DNA of 48,611 bases, taken from an uncultured bacterium. Lineage in GTDB: Bacteria; Eisenbacteria; RBG-16-71-46; JABDJR01. How positions within the stretch are numbered: the stretch's first letter is position 1; each line of letters starts with the position of its first letter. A program made the position numbers and the translations under genes. Shown here piece by piece: positions 35,401-43,842 of the stretch. The stretch is from the NCBI GenBank assembly GCA_964424285.1, contig CAYRIJ010000002.1, positions 6,261 through 54,871 on the forward strand, read 5' to 3'. The notes below the pieces were generated by a model. That model was not told the origin of the DNA. It did not search any database and saw only the letters and a program-made list of their open reading frames with translations.

Positions 35401-35907
35401 CACCTGAGCCCGGCGTTCCTGGATTGCCTGCGCACCGCCTACCGGATTCGCCGCGGGATGTTCCCCGACGGGGGGAAGAAGGCGGGCTTCGGGTTCTCCA
35501 TCCAACCCGACCAGGTGCAGCGCGAGAGCTCCATCGTGATGCGCGGGGTGCGCCTGGACCTCGGCGGGCAGTCCCTCATCTATCAGATGGGGCAGCGCAC
35601 CTGGACCCCCATGACCTGGCCCGGACCGAACCCCGAGAACGGGGCCGACCTGCGCCTCGACGCCGGGGACACCGCGGTGATCCCGTCCCTGAGCTTCTCC
35701 GGCGCCTGGGGGTTCTTCCACCTCCTCGACCAGGGCCGTATCCACGCCGGCGGATCCAACCAGGTCGCTCTCGCCTGGACCCTGAACGCCCAGCCGTCCC
35801 CGGTGACCGTCACCATGAACGTGAGCGGCCTCTCCTCGATCCACCCGCTCTCCAACGGGTTCTTCCGGTTCAGCCTTCCCTCCCAGATCGTGGCGGCGCG
35901 ACGATGA
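32416..35907 (+). CDS. tssM: Type VI secretion membrane protein TssM (IcmF family)
   Basis: 1163 aa. N-terminal TM helices, the LPWYMIIGPPASGKTT Walker A context, and WWF.DEAVILDTAGRY, all typical of IcmF/ImpL. Confidence 0.92.
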   Translation: MVFMSLLSRLLRPGSLVTGGAAGLIFILVWVGPQFGIRGPWLALGVLAVLFLWLIIMFLLRLRAQRAGAALEKSLEDQAQSQLVSSRPGREEEIDHLRTQLLEAVQALKASRVGKSKGGAGALYVLPWYMIIGPPASGKTTVLANSGLNFPYLDPGRNRPSVRGVGGTRNCDWWFADEAVILDTAGRYVLPVEADDTQEWLAFLDLLRKYRGKKPINGLIVGVSIQDLVMGGEEDVESHALKIRSRVDELIQRLGISFPIYVVFTKCDLIRGFVEFFGDLSKTERAAVWGATIARERFAREPAEGIFRAEMEQLTGALRQARVPRTAEAANPESRPEILFFPLQFHALTERLASFVEILFRENPYHERPIFRGFYFTSGTQEGRPIDQVINAMLRGFGIAAAEEGMTVAPSQTKSYFIENAFSKVVFPDRYVAGPSAEGERKRRSRRAKVFAAGCVGLALLTAALVVLSASNRRMLHQVQSLSDRAAASAQRGSLDFTVDDLHTLESLRSKLETMDDRSRPVTKVVLLGTYQGEKAAEAARRLYLASLHDAVMAPVQPYLARNLAQHADSLGVTFPRYYGWYRTWRILQDPAARLGPADAEPVAAQLSSYWAPVTGVPDGKDREDFDKLFVKQIAYAARYPEILADLFPPAPYRDEHVENVARRAIQRYWSADGVYSGVGEAGAAVPSITVGDILGADVGVYGDVAVPGAYTQAGWQGPVTGYMDWLETVRGDWVLRECWNGTPPGIREAVLARYGRDYGAHWQDFMAAIRVEPGTDPEATRSFLERAAGESGPVLKVLRAVDQNTRFDQESDPGLTAVETEFGALHEFFRAPGGGGPFKFLHGGDSGGQAPYLDYIDKVKALANGYAAVAAGGDPAQSEPVLGLVSWVDTRIPNTETSPASQEMARVLKLPARLVTGSVGAEAGRDVQSNWSRVLRDYQSTLAGRFPLASGGADCSLADFEQFFGPNGTFWTFYQESLSGLVSEDGHELPNPRVHLSPAFLDCLRTAYRIRRGMFPDGGKKAGFGFSIQPDQVQRESSIVMRGVRLDLGGQSLIYQMGQRTWTPMTWPGPNPENGADLRLDAGDTAVIPSLSFSGAWGFFHLLDQGRIHAGGSNQVALAWTLNAQPSPVTVTMNVSGLSSIHPLSNGFFRFSLPSQIVAARR

Positions 35908-35917
35908 CGGGGACGCG

Positions 35918-36889
35918 GTGAGCAGCCCCGCCGCCGATCCCCGCTCCGGCGCCTTCGGCAAACTCCCCCTGGCCGCCGACTTCGTGGCGGTGAACGCGGG
36001 CGGGCCCGGGGTGCGCGGCTTCACCGAGTGGCTCCAGGAGGGGGTGGGCCTGGGCCACGCCCGCCTGGGAAGCGCCTGGGACACGACCTTCCCCCGGATG
36101 CCGGCCTGGCGGTTCCTCCTCACTCCCGGCGCGGAGGGGGAGGGGTTGGCCGGGGTCATGGTGGCGGGCCGCGACCGGAGCGGCCGGAAGTTTCCCTTCG
36201 TGCTCTTCACCGGGGTCCCCTCCGGGGGCGCCCCGGGCGCGGGATCGCGTCTGGACGGGCTGGCCCCGTTTCTGGACCGGGCGGAGAGCGAGGCGCTCCG
36301 GCTGGTCGAATCGAGCGAGGCGTCCGGCCCCGCGCCCCTCAGACCGGTGGCCGACGCGGTGGCCGGGCTTCCCGCCGCCCTCCCGGCGACGGCGGGGGAG
36401 CCGCCCCCCTGGCCCGGGTTGGACAGCTGGTCCGGACCGGACGGTGCCGGACCGGCGCGGGTCCTCTCCCGGGTCGGAGCCAATCTCCTGGAGGTGGCGG
36501 CCCGGGTGGGAGCGGGGGAGGGGCGAACCCCGGCCTACGGGCTTCGCGCGCCGGTTCCCGCCCGCGGCCCCGAGGCCGCGGGGTGGGTGCGGTTCTGGGT
36601 GGAGCTGGTGGGACGCGCGCTGGCCCCGCCGCGGGCGATCTTCTGGTCGGTGGGGGCGGAGAACGCCGCCGGAACCATCGATCTCTACTTCCGTCCGCCG
36701 GGAACCACCGCCTTTCTCCACCTGGTGGATCCGAATCTGGACAGCGACATCTTGTATCCGCTCGACGAGGCGGATCCGTCTCGCGCCGGAGAGGCGGCCC
36801 GGTCCTGGATGACCGCGGTGGGGGAGCTCTCGGGCCGTCCCGGGGCCACCCTCGGCGATGCGCTGGGCCGCATGGGGGCCTCCTCGTGA
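35918..36889 (+). CDS. tagF: Type VI secretion-associated regulator TagF (ImpM/DUF2094)
   Basis: The N-terminal GAFGKLPLAADFV motif is characteristic of TagF. It sits immediately after tssM. GTG start. Confidence 0.72.
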   Translation: MSSPAADPRSGAFGKLPLAADFVAVNAGGPGVRGFTEWLQEGVGLGHARLGSAWDTTFPRMPAWRFLLTPGAEGEGLAGVMVAGRDRSGRKFPFVLFTGVPSGGAPGAGSRLDGLAPFLDRAESEALRLVESSEASGPAPLRPVADAVAGLPAALPATAGEPPPWPGLDSWSGPDGAGPARVLSRVGANLLEVAARVGAGEGRTPAYGLRAPVPARGPEAAGWVRFWVELVGRALAPPRAIFWSVGAENAAGTIDLYFRPPGTTAFLHLVDPNLDSDILYPLDEADPSRAGEAARSWMTAVGELSGRPGATLGDALGRMGASS

Positions 36890-37133
36890 GTCGGGCGGAT
36901 CGATTTCTACGCGACCCCATCGGGTCGACCCCCCTCCGGAGCGGGGTGGCGGCCCGGAGACTCATGCCGGGCTTGAATCCGGGACCCGCCTCCTCTAGAC
37001 TCGCTGAGCCATACCCGACCGGATCAATCCGAAAGCGGATCCGGCCGGGCGACGCCTCTCTTCGCCGGAGCCTCCCGGTTCTCACCTCGGACGGCTCGGT
37101 TCTTCCGGTGCCTGGTAAGGAACAAGAACACTT

Positions 37134-38705
37134 GTGAGCGTGGCCGAGCTGCTGGACCTCGGGTCCAAACCAATTCGAGACGACGCCCCCGCCGGCGAAT
37201 CGGCGCGGGACGATCCCGAATACGAGGCCATTCAGCAGGAAATACGCAAGCTGGAGCTCCCGACCCTGCCCGAGGTGGCGTGGGGGGACGTGGTCCAGGG
37301 CGCGGGGGCGATCCTGGAGACGCGCTCCAAGGACATCCTGGTCGCGGCCTGGCTCTGCGTCGGCCTGTACGAGCGGGACGGCTTCGCCGGCCTGGCCGCC
37401 GGGCTCACCATACTCCGCGATCTGGTGACCAACTTCTGGGAGACCCTGTTCCCGGAGATGAAACGCATGCGCGGCCGCGTGGCGGCGGTCGAGTGGTTGG
37501 GCGAGCGCGGCGCCAAGCAGGTGTCCGCCCCGGGGGCCAAGCGCGGGAGCCCCGAGGACCTGGCCACCTGCCTGGAGCGGGTGAAGGAGATCGGCGCGCT
37601 TCTGGCCGACCGCGCGCCGGACGGGGGGACGCTCCTGTCCGAGCTTCGGCGGGCTCTGGACGAGGCGGCGACGCGGGCGGCTCCTCCGCCCCAACCCGCC
37701 GCCGCACCCGGGGGAGCGCCGGCGCCGTCGGGGGGCGGTTCCTCGGTGGGGGCGGTGAGTTCCCCCGAAGAGGCGCAGAAGGCCCTGACCGAGATCCGCC
37801 GGCTGGCTCTGGCCGCGGCCGCGGTGCTTCGGGAGAGCGAACCGACCAACCCGCTGGCCTATCGGCTTCCGCGGCAGATGGTGTGGGCCCGCGTCACCGA
37901 GGCGCCGCCGAACGCCGGCGGCCAGACCCAGATTCCCGCCCCCGGGGATCTCGGCGCCGAACTCGAGGCCGCGCTCGGCCGCGGAGAGTTCAAGGGCGTG
38001 CTCACCCGCGCCGAGGACAAGCTTCCCACCGGAATCTTCTGGCTGGACCTCCACCGCTTCGCGGTGAGCGCCCTGGAAGGCATGGGCGAAGGGTTCGGCC
38101 CCGCCGCCGAAGCGGTGTGCGAGGAGCTGGCCCTTCTGCTCAAGCGGGTGCCGGAGCTCAAGGACCTTCGCTTCGCCGACGGGACGCCCCTGGCCGACAA
38201 CGCCACCCGAACGTGGATCCAGTCGCGGGTGGCCGGGGCCCTGGGCGGAGGCGGGGGCGCACCCGAGCCCGCGCCGGCCAGCGTTTCCGCCGGGGACGAG
38301 AGCGAGATGGAAGGCTTCGAGGAAGCGCGCCAGGAGGCCCGGAAGCTCGCGGGGAAGAAGCACCTGGCCCAGGCGGTCCGACTGCTGGAGGACGGGGCGG
38401 CCCGCGCCGGGTCCTTCCGGGCGCGCGTCGTCTGGAAGCTCGAGGCGGCCCGGCTCTGTCTGGATCGCGGGCAGCCCGGGGCGGGGGAGGCCCTGCTCGA
38501 CAACCTGGACCGGGAACTGACCCGGACCACCTACGAGGACTGGGCCCCCGAGGTGGGGGCGGAAGTTCTCAAGACCCTGCTCGCCTGTCGCCGCAAGGCG
38601 GGACGGGGAACCGGACCCGAGGCCGTGGAGCGAAACCGCGACCTCCTGAGCCGGCTCTATCGACTCGACGTGCTGGCGGCCCTGGACGCGGACAGCCGGG
38701 GTTGA
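37134..38705 (+). CDS. tssA: Type VI secretion protein TssA (ImpA_N domain, long VasJ-like form)
   Basis: ImpA_N-style N-terminus LGSKPIRDDAPAGESARDDPEYEAIQQEI. Ala/Pro-rich linker. C-terminal helical domain. GTG start after an AAGGAA RBS. Confidence 0.8.
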   Translation: MSVAELLDLGSKPIRDDAPAGESARDDPEYEAIQQEIRKLELPTLPEVAWGDVVQGAGAILETRSKDILVAAWLCVGLYERDGFAGLAAGLTILRDLVTNFWETLFPEMKRMRGRVAAVEWLGERGAKQVSAPGAKRGSPEDLATCLERVKEIGALLADRAPDGGTLLSELRRALDEAATRAAPPPQPAAAPGGAPAPSGGGSSVGAVSSPEEAQKALTEIRRLALAAAAVLRESEPTNPLAYRLPRQMVWARVTEAPPNAGGQTQIPAPGDLGAELEAALGRGEFKGVLTRAEDKLPTGIFWLDLHRFAVSALEGMGEGFGPAAEAVCEELALLLKRVPELKDLRFADGTPLADNATRTWIQSRVAGALGGGGGAPEPAPASVSAGDESEMEGFEEARQEARKLAGKKHLAQAVRLLEDGAARAGSFRARVVWKLEAARLCLDRGQPGAGEALLDNLDRELTRTTYEDWAPEVGAEVLKTLLACRRKAGRGTGPEAVERNRDLLSRLYRLDVLAALDADSRG

Positions 38706-38755
38706 TCCCCGTCCCCGCGCCCGGTTGTTCGGATACGGAGACCCGGCGGGACCGG

Positions 38756-38777
38756 GAGGCCGGAGGGTTCCGGCCTC
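38756..38777 (+). promoter_or_regulatory. Intercistronic stem-loop between tssA and tssB
   Basis: Perfect 9-bp stem GAGGCCGGA-gggt-TCCGGCCTC, 47 nt upstream of the tssB ATG. Confidence 0.4.
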
Positions 38778-38823
38778 GTGAGACGGCGCCGCCCTCGTTG
38801 TCATCAACGCCAAGGAGAGGACC

Positions 38824-39384
38824 ATGGCCAAGGAAGGATCGGTAGCTCCCAAGGAGCGAGTGAACATCGTCTACAAGCCCGCCACCGGTGGGGCCCAGGC
38901 GGAGATCGAGCTTCCGCTCAAGCTCATGGTCCTGGGAGATTTCACCAACCGGGAGGACGAAACGGCGCTGGAAGAACGCAAGGCGCTCTCGGTGGACAAG
39001 GACAATTTCAACGACGTGATGGGGCAGCAGAAGCTGGGGGTGGCCATCAACGTCCCCAACACCCTGACCGGCGGCGAGGGGGAGGAGCTGAGCGCCAAGC
39101 TCCAGTTCAAGACCCTCAAGGACTTCGAGCCCGCGGCGGTGGCCCGGCAGGTCCCGGAGCTGAACAAGCTCCTCGATCTCCGCGAGGCCCTCACCGCGCT
39201 CAAGGGTCCGCTGGCCAACGTTCCCGCGTTCCGGAAGAAGATCGAGGCCCTGCTCCAGGATCCGACCCAGCGGGAGAAGATCATGAAGGAGCTGGGCCTG
39301 GGCGAGGGAGGCGCGCCGGCTCCGGAAGCGGCGGCGCCGCCGGAGGGCGGCGGCGAGCCCCCGAGTCCCGAGAGCGGCGCCTAG
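38824..39384 (+). CDS. tssB: Type VI secretion sheath small subunit TssB (VipA)
   Basis: RVNIVYKP......ELPLKLMVLGDFT is the canonical TssB N-terminus. AAGGAGAGG RBS. It carries an extra Pro/Ala/Glu-rich C-terminal tail. Confidence 0.95.
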   Translation: MAKEGSVAPKERVNIVYKPATGGAQAEIELPLKLMVLGDFTNREDETALEERKALSVDKDNFNDVMGQQKLGVAINVPNTLTGGEGEELSAKLQFKTLKDFEPAAVARQVPELNKLLDLREALTALKGPLANVPAFRKKIEALLQDPTQREKIMKELGLGEGGAPAPEAAAPPEGGGEPPSPESGA

Positions 39385-39471
39385 CCGTCGGAACAGACTG
39401 CCGGAGGATGCAATCCCTGGAACGGGTCGCCGCGGCCGAAGGTCCGGCCGGCGTGACCGGGAGGAACCACA

Positions 39472-40959
39472 ATGTCTGAAATGGAAAACCAAGCGCAGGC
39501 CGCGTCCGGTCAGGCCCAGGAGGCCGGCGGCTCGCTGCTCGACGAAATCGTCCTGACCACGAAGGTGAAGCCCACCGACGAGAGCTACGCGGTGGCGAAG
39601 CGGGGGCTGGAGGCCTTCATCAAGGAGCTGGTCCGCCCCGGCGTGACCACCCCCAAGGTTCACCAGTCGGTGATCAACGGGATCATCTCCGAGCTGGACA
39701 AGAAGATGAGCGCCCAGATCGACGAGGTGCTCCACCATCCCGAGGTCCAGAAGGTGGAGTCCACCTGGCGCGGCCTCAAGATGCTGGTGGACCGGACCGA
39801 CTTCCGGGAGAACACCAAGATCCAGATCCTCAACGTCTCCAAGGACGATCTCCTGAACGACTTCGAGGACTCCCCGGAAGTGGTGAAGTCGGGCCTCTAC
39901 AAGCAGGTGTACACCGCGGAGTACGGACAGTTCGGCGGCGAGCCCATCGGGGCCATGATCGCCAACTACGAGTTCTCGGCGCACCCGCAGGACATGAAGC
40001 TCCTGCAGTACGCGGCCAGCGTGGCCTCGATGGCCCACGCCCCGTTCATCGCCGCGGCCAGCCCCAAGTTCTTCGGGGTGGACGACATCACCCAGCTCCC
40101 CAACCTGAAGGACATGCACTCGATCTTCGAGTCGCCGGCCTACGCGAAATGGAACTCCTTCCGCGAGTCGGAGGACGCCCGGAGCGTCGGCCTGGTCATG
40201 CCGCGCTTCCTGTTGCGGCTCCCCTACGGCGAGGAGACGGTGCCGGTCAAGGAGTTCAACTACGACGAGCAGGTCGCGGGCAACCACGACAAGTACCTGT
40301 GGGGGAACGCGGTCTTCGCCTTCGCCTCCCGGCTGACCGACAGCTTCGCCAAGTACCGGTGGTGCCCCAACATCATCGGTCCCCAGAGCGGGGGCGCGGT
40401 GGAGGACCTTCCGGTGCACACCTACAAGGCGATGGGCACCACCGAGCAGAAGATCCCCACCGAGGTGCTGATCTCCGAACGGCGGGAATTCGAGCTGGCC
40501 GAGGAGGGCTTCATTCCCCTCACCATGCGGAAGGGGAGCGACAACGCCTGCTTCTTCTCCGCGAACTCCTGCCAGAAGCCGAAGTTCTTCGGGAACAGCA
40601 AGGAGGGGAAGGACGCCGAGGCCAACTACAAGCTCGGCACCCAGCTCCCCTACATGTTCATCGTCAACCGGCTGGCCCACTACATCAAGGTGATCCAGCG
40701 GGAGAACATCGGAAGCTGGAAGGAAAAGACCGATCTGAATCGTGAGCTCAACCTGTGGATCCGGCAGTACGTGTCGGAGATGGACAACGCCAGCGCCGCC
40801 ACCAAGGGGCGCCGGCCGTTGCGGGAGGCGGAGGTGGTGGTCGACGACGTGGAAGGGGATCCCGGCTGGTACAAGGTCGGGTTGAAGGTGCGCCCCCACT
40901 TCAAGTACATGGGCGCGTTCTTCACCCTGTCCCTGGTGGGCAAGCTGGACAAGAAGTAG
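39472..40959 (+). CDS. tssC: Type VI secretion sheath large subunit TssC (VipB)
   Basis: 495 aa. Motifs HHPEVQKVESTWRGL, LPYGE, and the C-terminal GWYKVGLKVRPHFKYMGAFFTLSLVGKLD are typical of TssC. Confidence 0.95.
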   Translation: MSEMENQAQAASGQAQEAGGSLLDEIVLTTKVKPTDESYAVAKRGLEAFIKELVRPGVTTPKVHQSVINGIISELDKKMSAQIDEVLHHPEVQKVESTWRGLKMLVDRTDFRENTKIQILNVSKDDLLNDFEDSPEVVKSGLYKQVYTAEYGQFGGEPIGAMIANYEFSAHPQDMKLLQYAASVASMAHAPFIAAASPKFFGVDDITQLPNLKDMHSIFESPAYAKWNSFRESEDARSVGLVMPRFLLRLPYGEETVPVKEFNYDEQVAGNHDKYLWGNAVFAFASRLTDSFAKYRWCPNIIGPQSGGAVEDLPVHTYKAMGTTEQKIPTEVLISERREFELAEEGFIPLTMRKGSDNACFFSANSCQKPKFFGNSKEGKDAEANYKLGTQLPYMFIVNRLAHYIKVIQRENIGSWKEKTDLNRELNLWIRQYVSEMDNASAATKGRRPLREAEVVVDDVEGDPGWYKVGLKVRPHFKYMGAFFTLSLVGKLDKK

Positions 40960-41075
40960 GTCGAGATCCGGCTCTGTCCGCGTTTCCATACGATCCTGGA
41001 GGGGATGCAGAACCGGCGGCACGGTGACCCGCCCGATCCTCTCGCGATTCACCGTCACCCAGGAGGCAAAGGGTA

Positions 41076-41567
41076 ATGGCGCAGAATGTCCACTTGTGGC
41101 TCAAGGCGAACGGCACCGACATCCAGGGCGACAGCTCGATCACGTCCATGGAACGCGAGAACTCGATCGAGTGCGTGTACTTCGAGTCCTCGGTCCGCAC
41201 CGGCCGCGAGGCGGGGAGCGGCATGTCCACCGGACGCCGGTCCTACGAGCCCGTCGTGTTCCGTAAGCGGATCGACAAGGCCACCCCGCTTCTCTACAAG
41301 GCGTTGGTGAACAACGAGGTGATCGAGGGGACCTTCAAGTTCTACCGGCCCAACCCGGACGGGGACGGCACCACCGAGCAGTTCTACACCATCGAGATCA
41401 AGAACGGCCGGATCTCCAGCTTCAAGGCGGTGAGCCCGGACAGCATCGACCCGGCCTCCTCCGCCCATCCTCCGCTGGAGGAGATCTCGGTCATGTTCGA
41501 GACCATCTCCTGGACCTTCGAGCCCAGCGGGTCCATGCACCAGGACAGCTGGCGGGAACAGGCCTAG
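41076..41567 (+). CDS. hcp: Type VI secretion tube protein Hcp (TssD)
   Basis: 163 aa. The pattern G.DIQGDS......E..IE...F.......SG..TGRR.YEP..F.KRIDKATPLLYKAL is Hcp-like. RBS AGGAGG. Confidence 0.93.
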   Translation: MAQNVHLWLKANGTDIQGDSSITSMERENSIECVYFESSVRTGREAGSGMSTGRRSYEPVVFRKRIDKATPLLYKALVNNEVIEGTFKFYRPNPDGDGTTEQFYTIEIKNGRISSFKAVSPDSIDPASSAHPPLEEISVMFETISWTFEPSGSMHQDSWREQA

Positions 41568-41593
41568 GCCTCCGTCGGAAACCGATCGGGCAG

Positions 41594-41626
41594 GGCCGGG
41601 GGGACGCGGATCGCGCCCTCCCGGCC
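41594..41626 (+). promoter_or_regulatory. Long imperfect stem-loop immediately downstream of hcp
   Basis: GGCCGGGGGGACGC / GCGCCCTCCCGGCC pairs over about 14 bp with one mismatch and one G-U pair. It starts 27 nt after the hcp stop, has no U-tract, and precedes tssE. Confidence 0.4.
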
Positions 41627-41662
41627 GTCCTTGCCGTCCCCTGAACCTCGCCGGGAGGGTCC

Positions 41663-42079
41663 GTGCCGCGGGATCGAAGCCTGTTCGAGCGTCTGCGCGA
41701 TCCGGGGGCCGAGGGTCCCCGGACCATCCACGAAAACACCAGCCGCCTGGCGGAGTCGGTGCTGTCCAACCTGCGGAACCTCCTCAATTCCCGCCGCGGG
41801 ATCGCCCCCGCCCAGCCCGGGTACGGCATTCCCGACATGGTGGACCTGACCGCCAGCTTTCCGGAGGGAGTAACGGGGATGCGGCGGGCGATCAAGGAGA
41901 CCATCGAGACCTTTGAGCCGCGGCTCCGCCGGGTCAACGTGAAGTACGTGGAGACCGACGACGACCCCCTGGCGTTGCGCTTCGAGATCACCGCCGAGCT
42001 GGCCACCGCCGATGAGCGGGCGTCGGTCTGGTTCGAGACCCGGATCGACGCCTCCGGCGAAGTCGACGTCAAGGGATAG
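41663..42079 (+). CDS. tssE: Type VI secretion baseplate protein TssE (gp25-like)
   Basis: SLFERLRD...SVLSNLRNLLNSRRG is the hallmark TssE N-terminus. GTG start. Size of 138 aa. Confidence 0.9.
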   Translation: MPRDRSLFERLRDPGAEGPRTIHENTSRLAESVLSNLRNLLNSRRGIAPAQPGYGIPDMVDLTASFPEGVTGMRRAIKETIETFEPRLRRVNVKYVETDDDPLALRFEITAELATADERASVWFETRIDASGEVDVKG

Positions 42080-42081
42080 GG

Positions 42082-43842
42082 ATGTTCAACAAGTACTATC
42101 AGGACGAGCTTCTGTTCCTGCGGCAGCTCGGGGAGGAGTTTTCCCGGGCCCACCCCGCCGCCGCCCATTTCCTGGGCCAGGTGGGGAGCGACCCCGACGT
42201 GGAGCGACTCCTCGAGGGGTTCGCCTTCCTCTCCGGCCGCATCCGCCAGAAGCTGGACGACGAGCTTCCCGAGATCACCCATTCCCTCCTGGGGATGCTC
42301 TGGCCGCACTACCTCCGGCCGGTGCCCGCCATGTCCGTGCTCGAGTTCTCCCCGGTCCTGGCCGCACTCCGCCAGTCCCAGCGGGTCCCCCGCGGGGTGG
42401 AGGTCCAGTCGGTGCCGGTGGAGGGAACGCCGTGCCGCTTTCGCACCTCCACCGAGGTGCTCCTGAACCCGATCTCCCTGGACAAGGTGACCCTGGAGAG
42501 CCGGACCGCGGGACCGTCGCGGCTCTTCCTCGAGTTCCGTCTCTGGAACCAGGCCCGGGTGGACTCCCTGGACCTCCGGCGGATACGACTCTTTCTTCAT
42601 GGCGACCCCACGGTGAGCTTCACGCTCTATCACGCCCTCTGCCGGCAGGTGCGGGAGGCGGTGGCCGGGCCGTCGGCGGCCCCGGCCGGGGAAGCGGCCT
42701 CCGGGGGCCGGGTCCCGGTCACCCTGGAGGCGGCCGGATTCAGCGAGTCGGAAGCCCTGCTTCCGTATCCTCCCCGGGCCTTCCCCGGATACCGGCTGCT
42801 CCAGGAGTATTTCTCCCTCCCGGAGAAGTTCCTCTTCCTGGACCTGGTGGGCCTGGACAAGCTCGCCGCCCTTCCGGTGGAGGACCGGTTCCAGGTGGAG
42901 ATCCGCTTCGACCGGGCGCTGCCGGTGAGCCTCCGTCCCACCAAGGAGGAGATCCGCCTCTACTGCACCCCGATCGCCAACCTCTTCGAGCACCAGGCGG
43001 ATCCGTTCCGGATCGACCGGACCCAGGCGGAGTACCGGCTGCGTCCCTCGGGGTCCGACGCGCTCCACTACGAGATCTTCACCGTGGACCGGGTGACCGG
43101 GGTCCTCCCCGGCACCGCCCGGGAGCGGGTCATCCCCTCCTTCTACTCCTTCCGCCACGGGCGGGAGGCGGGGGAGTCCACCTTCTACCACGACCGCATC
43201 CGCGAGTCGGTGGTGGACGACCGGTCCGAGCACTACCTCTCCTTCATGGACGTCCAGGGGGCGAGCGCCATCCCGCCGGTGGAAACCATCGCGGTGGAGC
43301 TGACCGCCACCAACCGCCGCCTGCCCGAGGCCCTTCGGGTGGGAGACGTGAGCGTGCCCACCGACTCCTCCCCGGAGTTCGTGCGGTTCAAGAACCTCAC
43401 CGTTCCGACCCCGTCGGTGGCCCCGCCCCTGGAGGGAGACCTCCACTGGCGATTGATCTCGCACCTGTCCCTGAACTACGTCTCCCTGACCAGCGTGGAA
43501 GCCCTCCGGGGAATCCTCGATCTCTACAACTTCCAGGCCCTGCGCGACCCGCGGGCGGCGCGGGCCAACGCCATGCGCATCCGCGGCATCGAGCGGGTGC
43601 GAAGCCGTCCAGCCCAGGTCCTGGCCCGGGGAGCGCCGATCCGGGGCTGGGAGGTGGAGCTGGATCTTCTGGAGGACCACTACGCCGGGGACGGAGACCT
43701 CTACCTGTTCGCCACCCTGGTGAACGAGTTCGTGAGCCTCCATGCCTCCATCAATTCCTTCACCCGACTCCGCACGCGGGGGATTCAACGCGGCGAGGAG
43801 ACCACGTGGCCGTCGAAGATCGGTCAGAAAACGCTGATCTGA
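42082..43842 (+). CDS. tssF: Type VI secretion baseplate protein TssF
   Basis: MFNKYYQDELLFLRQLGEEFSRAHP is the canonical TssF/ImpG start. Size of 586 aa. It begins 2 nt after the tssE stop. Confidence 0.92.
   Translation: MFNKYYQDELLFLRQLGEEFSRAHPAAAHFLGQVGSDPDVERLLEGFAFLSGRIRQKLDDELPEITHSLLGMLWPHYLRPVPAMSVLEFSPVLAALRQSQRVPRGVEVQSVPVEGTPCRFRTSTEVLLNPISLDKVTLESRTAGPSRLFLEFRLWNQARVDSLDLRRIRLFLHGDPTVSFTLYHALCRQVREAVAGPSAAPAGEAASGGRVPVTLEAAGFSESEALLPYPPRAFPGYRLLQEYFSLPEKFLFLDLVGLDKLAALPVEDRFQVEIRFDRALPVSLRPTKEEIRLYCTPIANLFEHQADPFRIDRTQAEYRLRPSGSDALHYEIFTVDRVTGVLPGTARERVIPSFYSFRHGREAGESTFYHDRIRESVVDDRSEHYLSFMDVQGASAIPPVETIAVELTATNRRLPEALRVGDVSVPTDSSPEFVRFKNLTVPTPSVAPPLEGDLHWRLISHLSLNYVSLTSVEALRGILDLYNFQALRDPRAARANAMRIRGIERVRSRPAQVLARGAPIRGWEVELDLLEDHYAGDGDLYLFATLVNEFVSLHASINSFTRLRTRGIQRGEETTWPSKIGQKTLI

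Noticed and set aside
36930-37025. tRNA or tRNA-like gene on the minus strand (TGGCTCAG...TCTAGAGG D-arm-like segment, CCGGATTCAAGCCCGG T-arm-like segment)
   Set aside because: No complete cloverleaf can be drawn. The T-arm-like stem has only 4 bp with an 8-nt loop. There is no room for an anticodon arm between the D-like and T-like segments, and no matching acceptor stem. At most it is a fragment, and it is reported only as part of the spacer finding.
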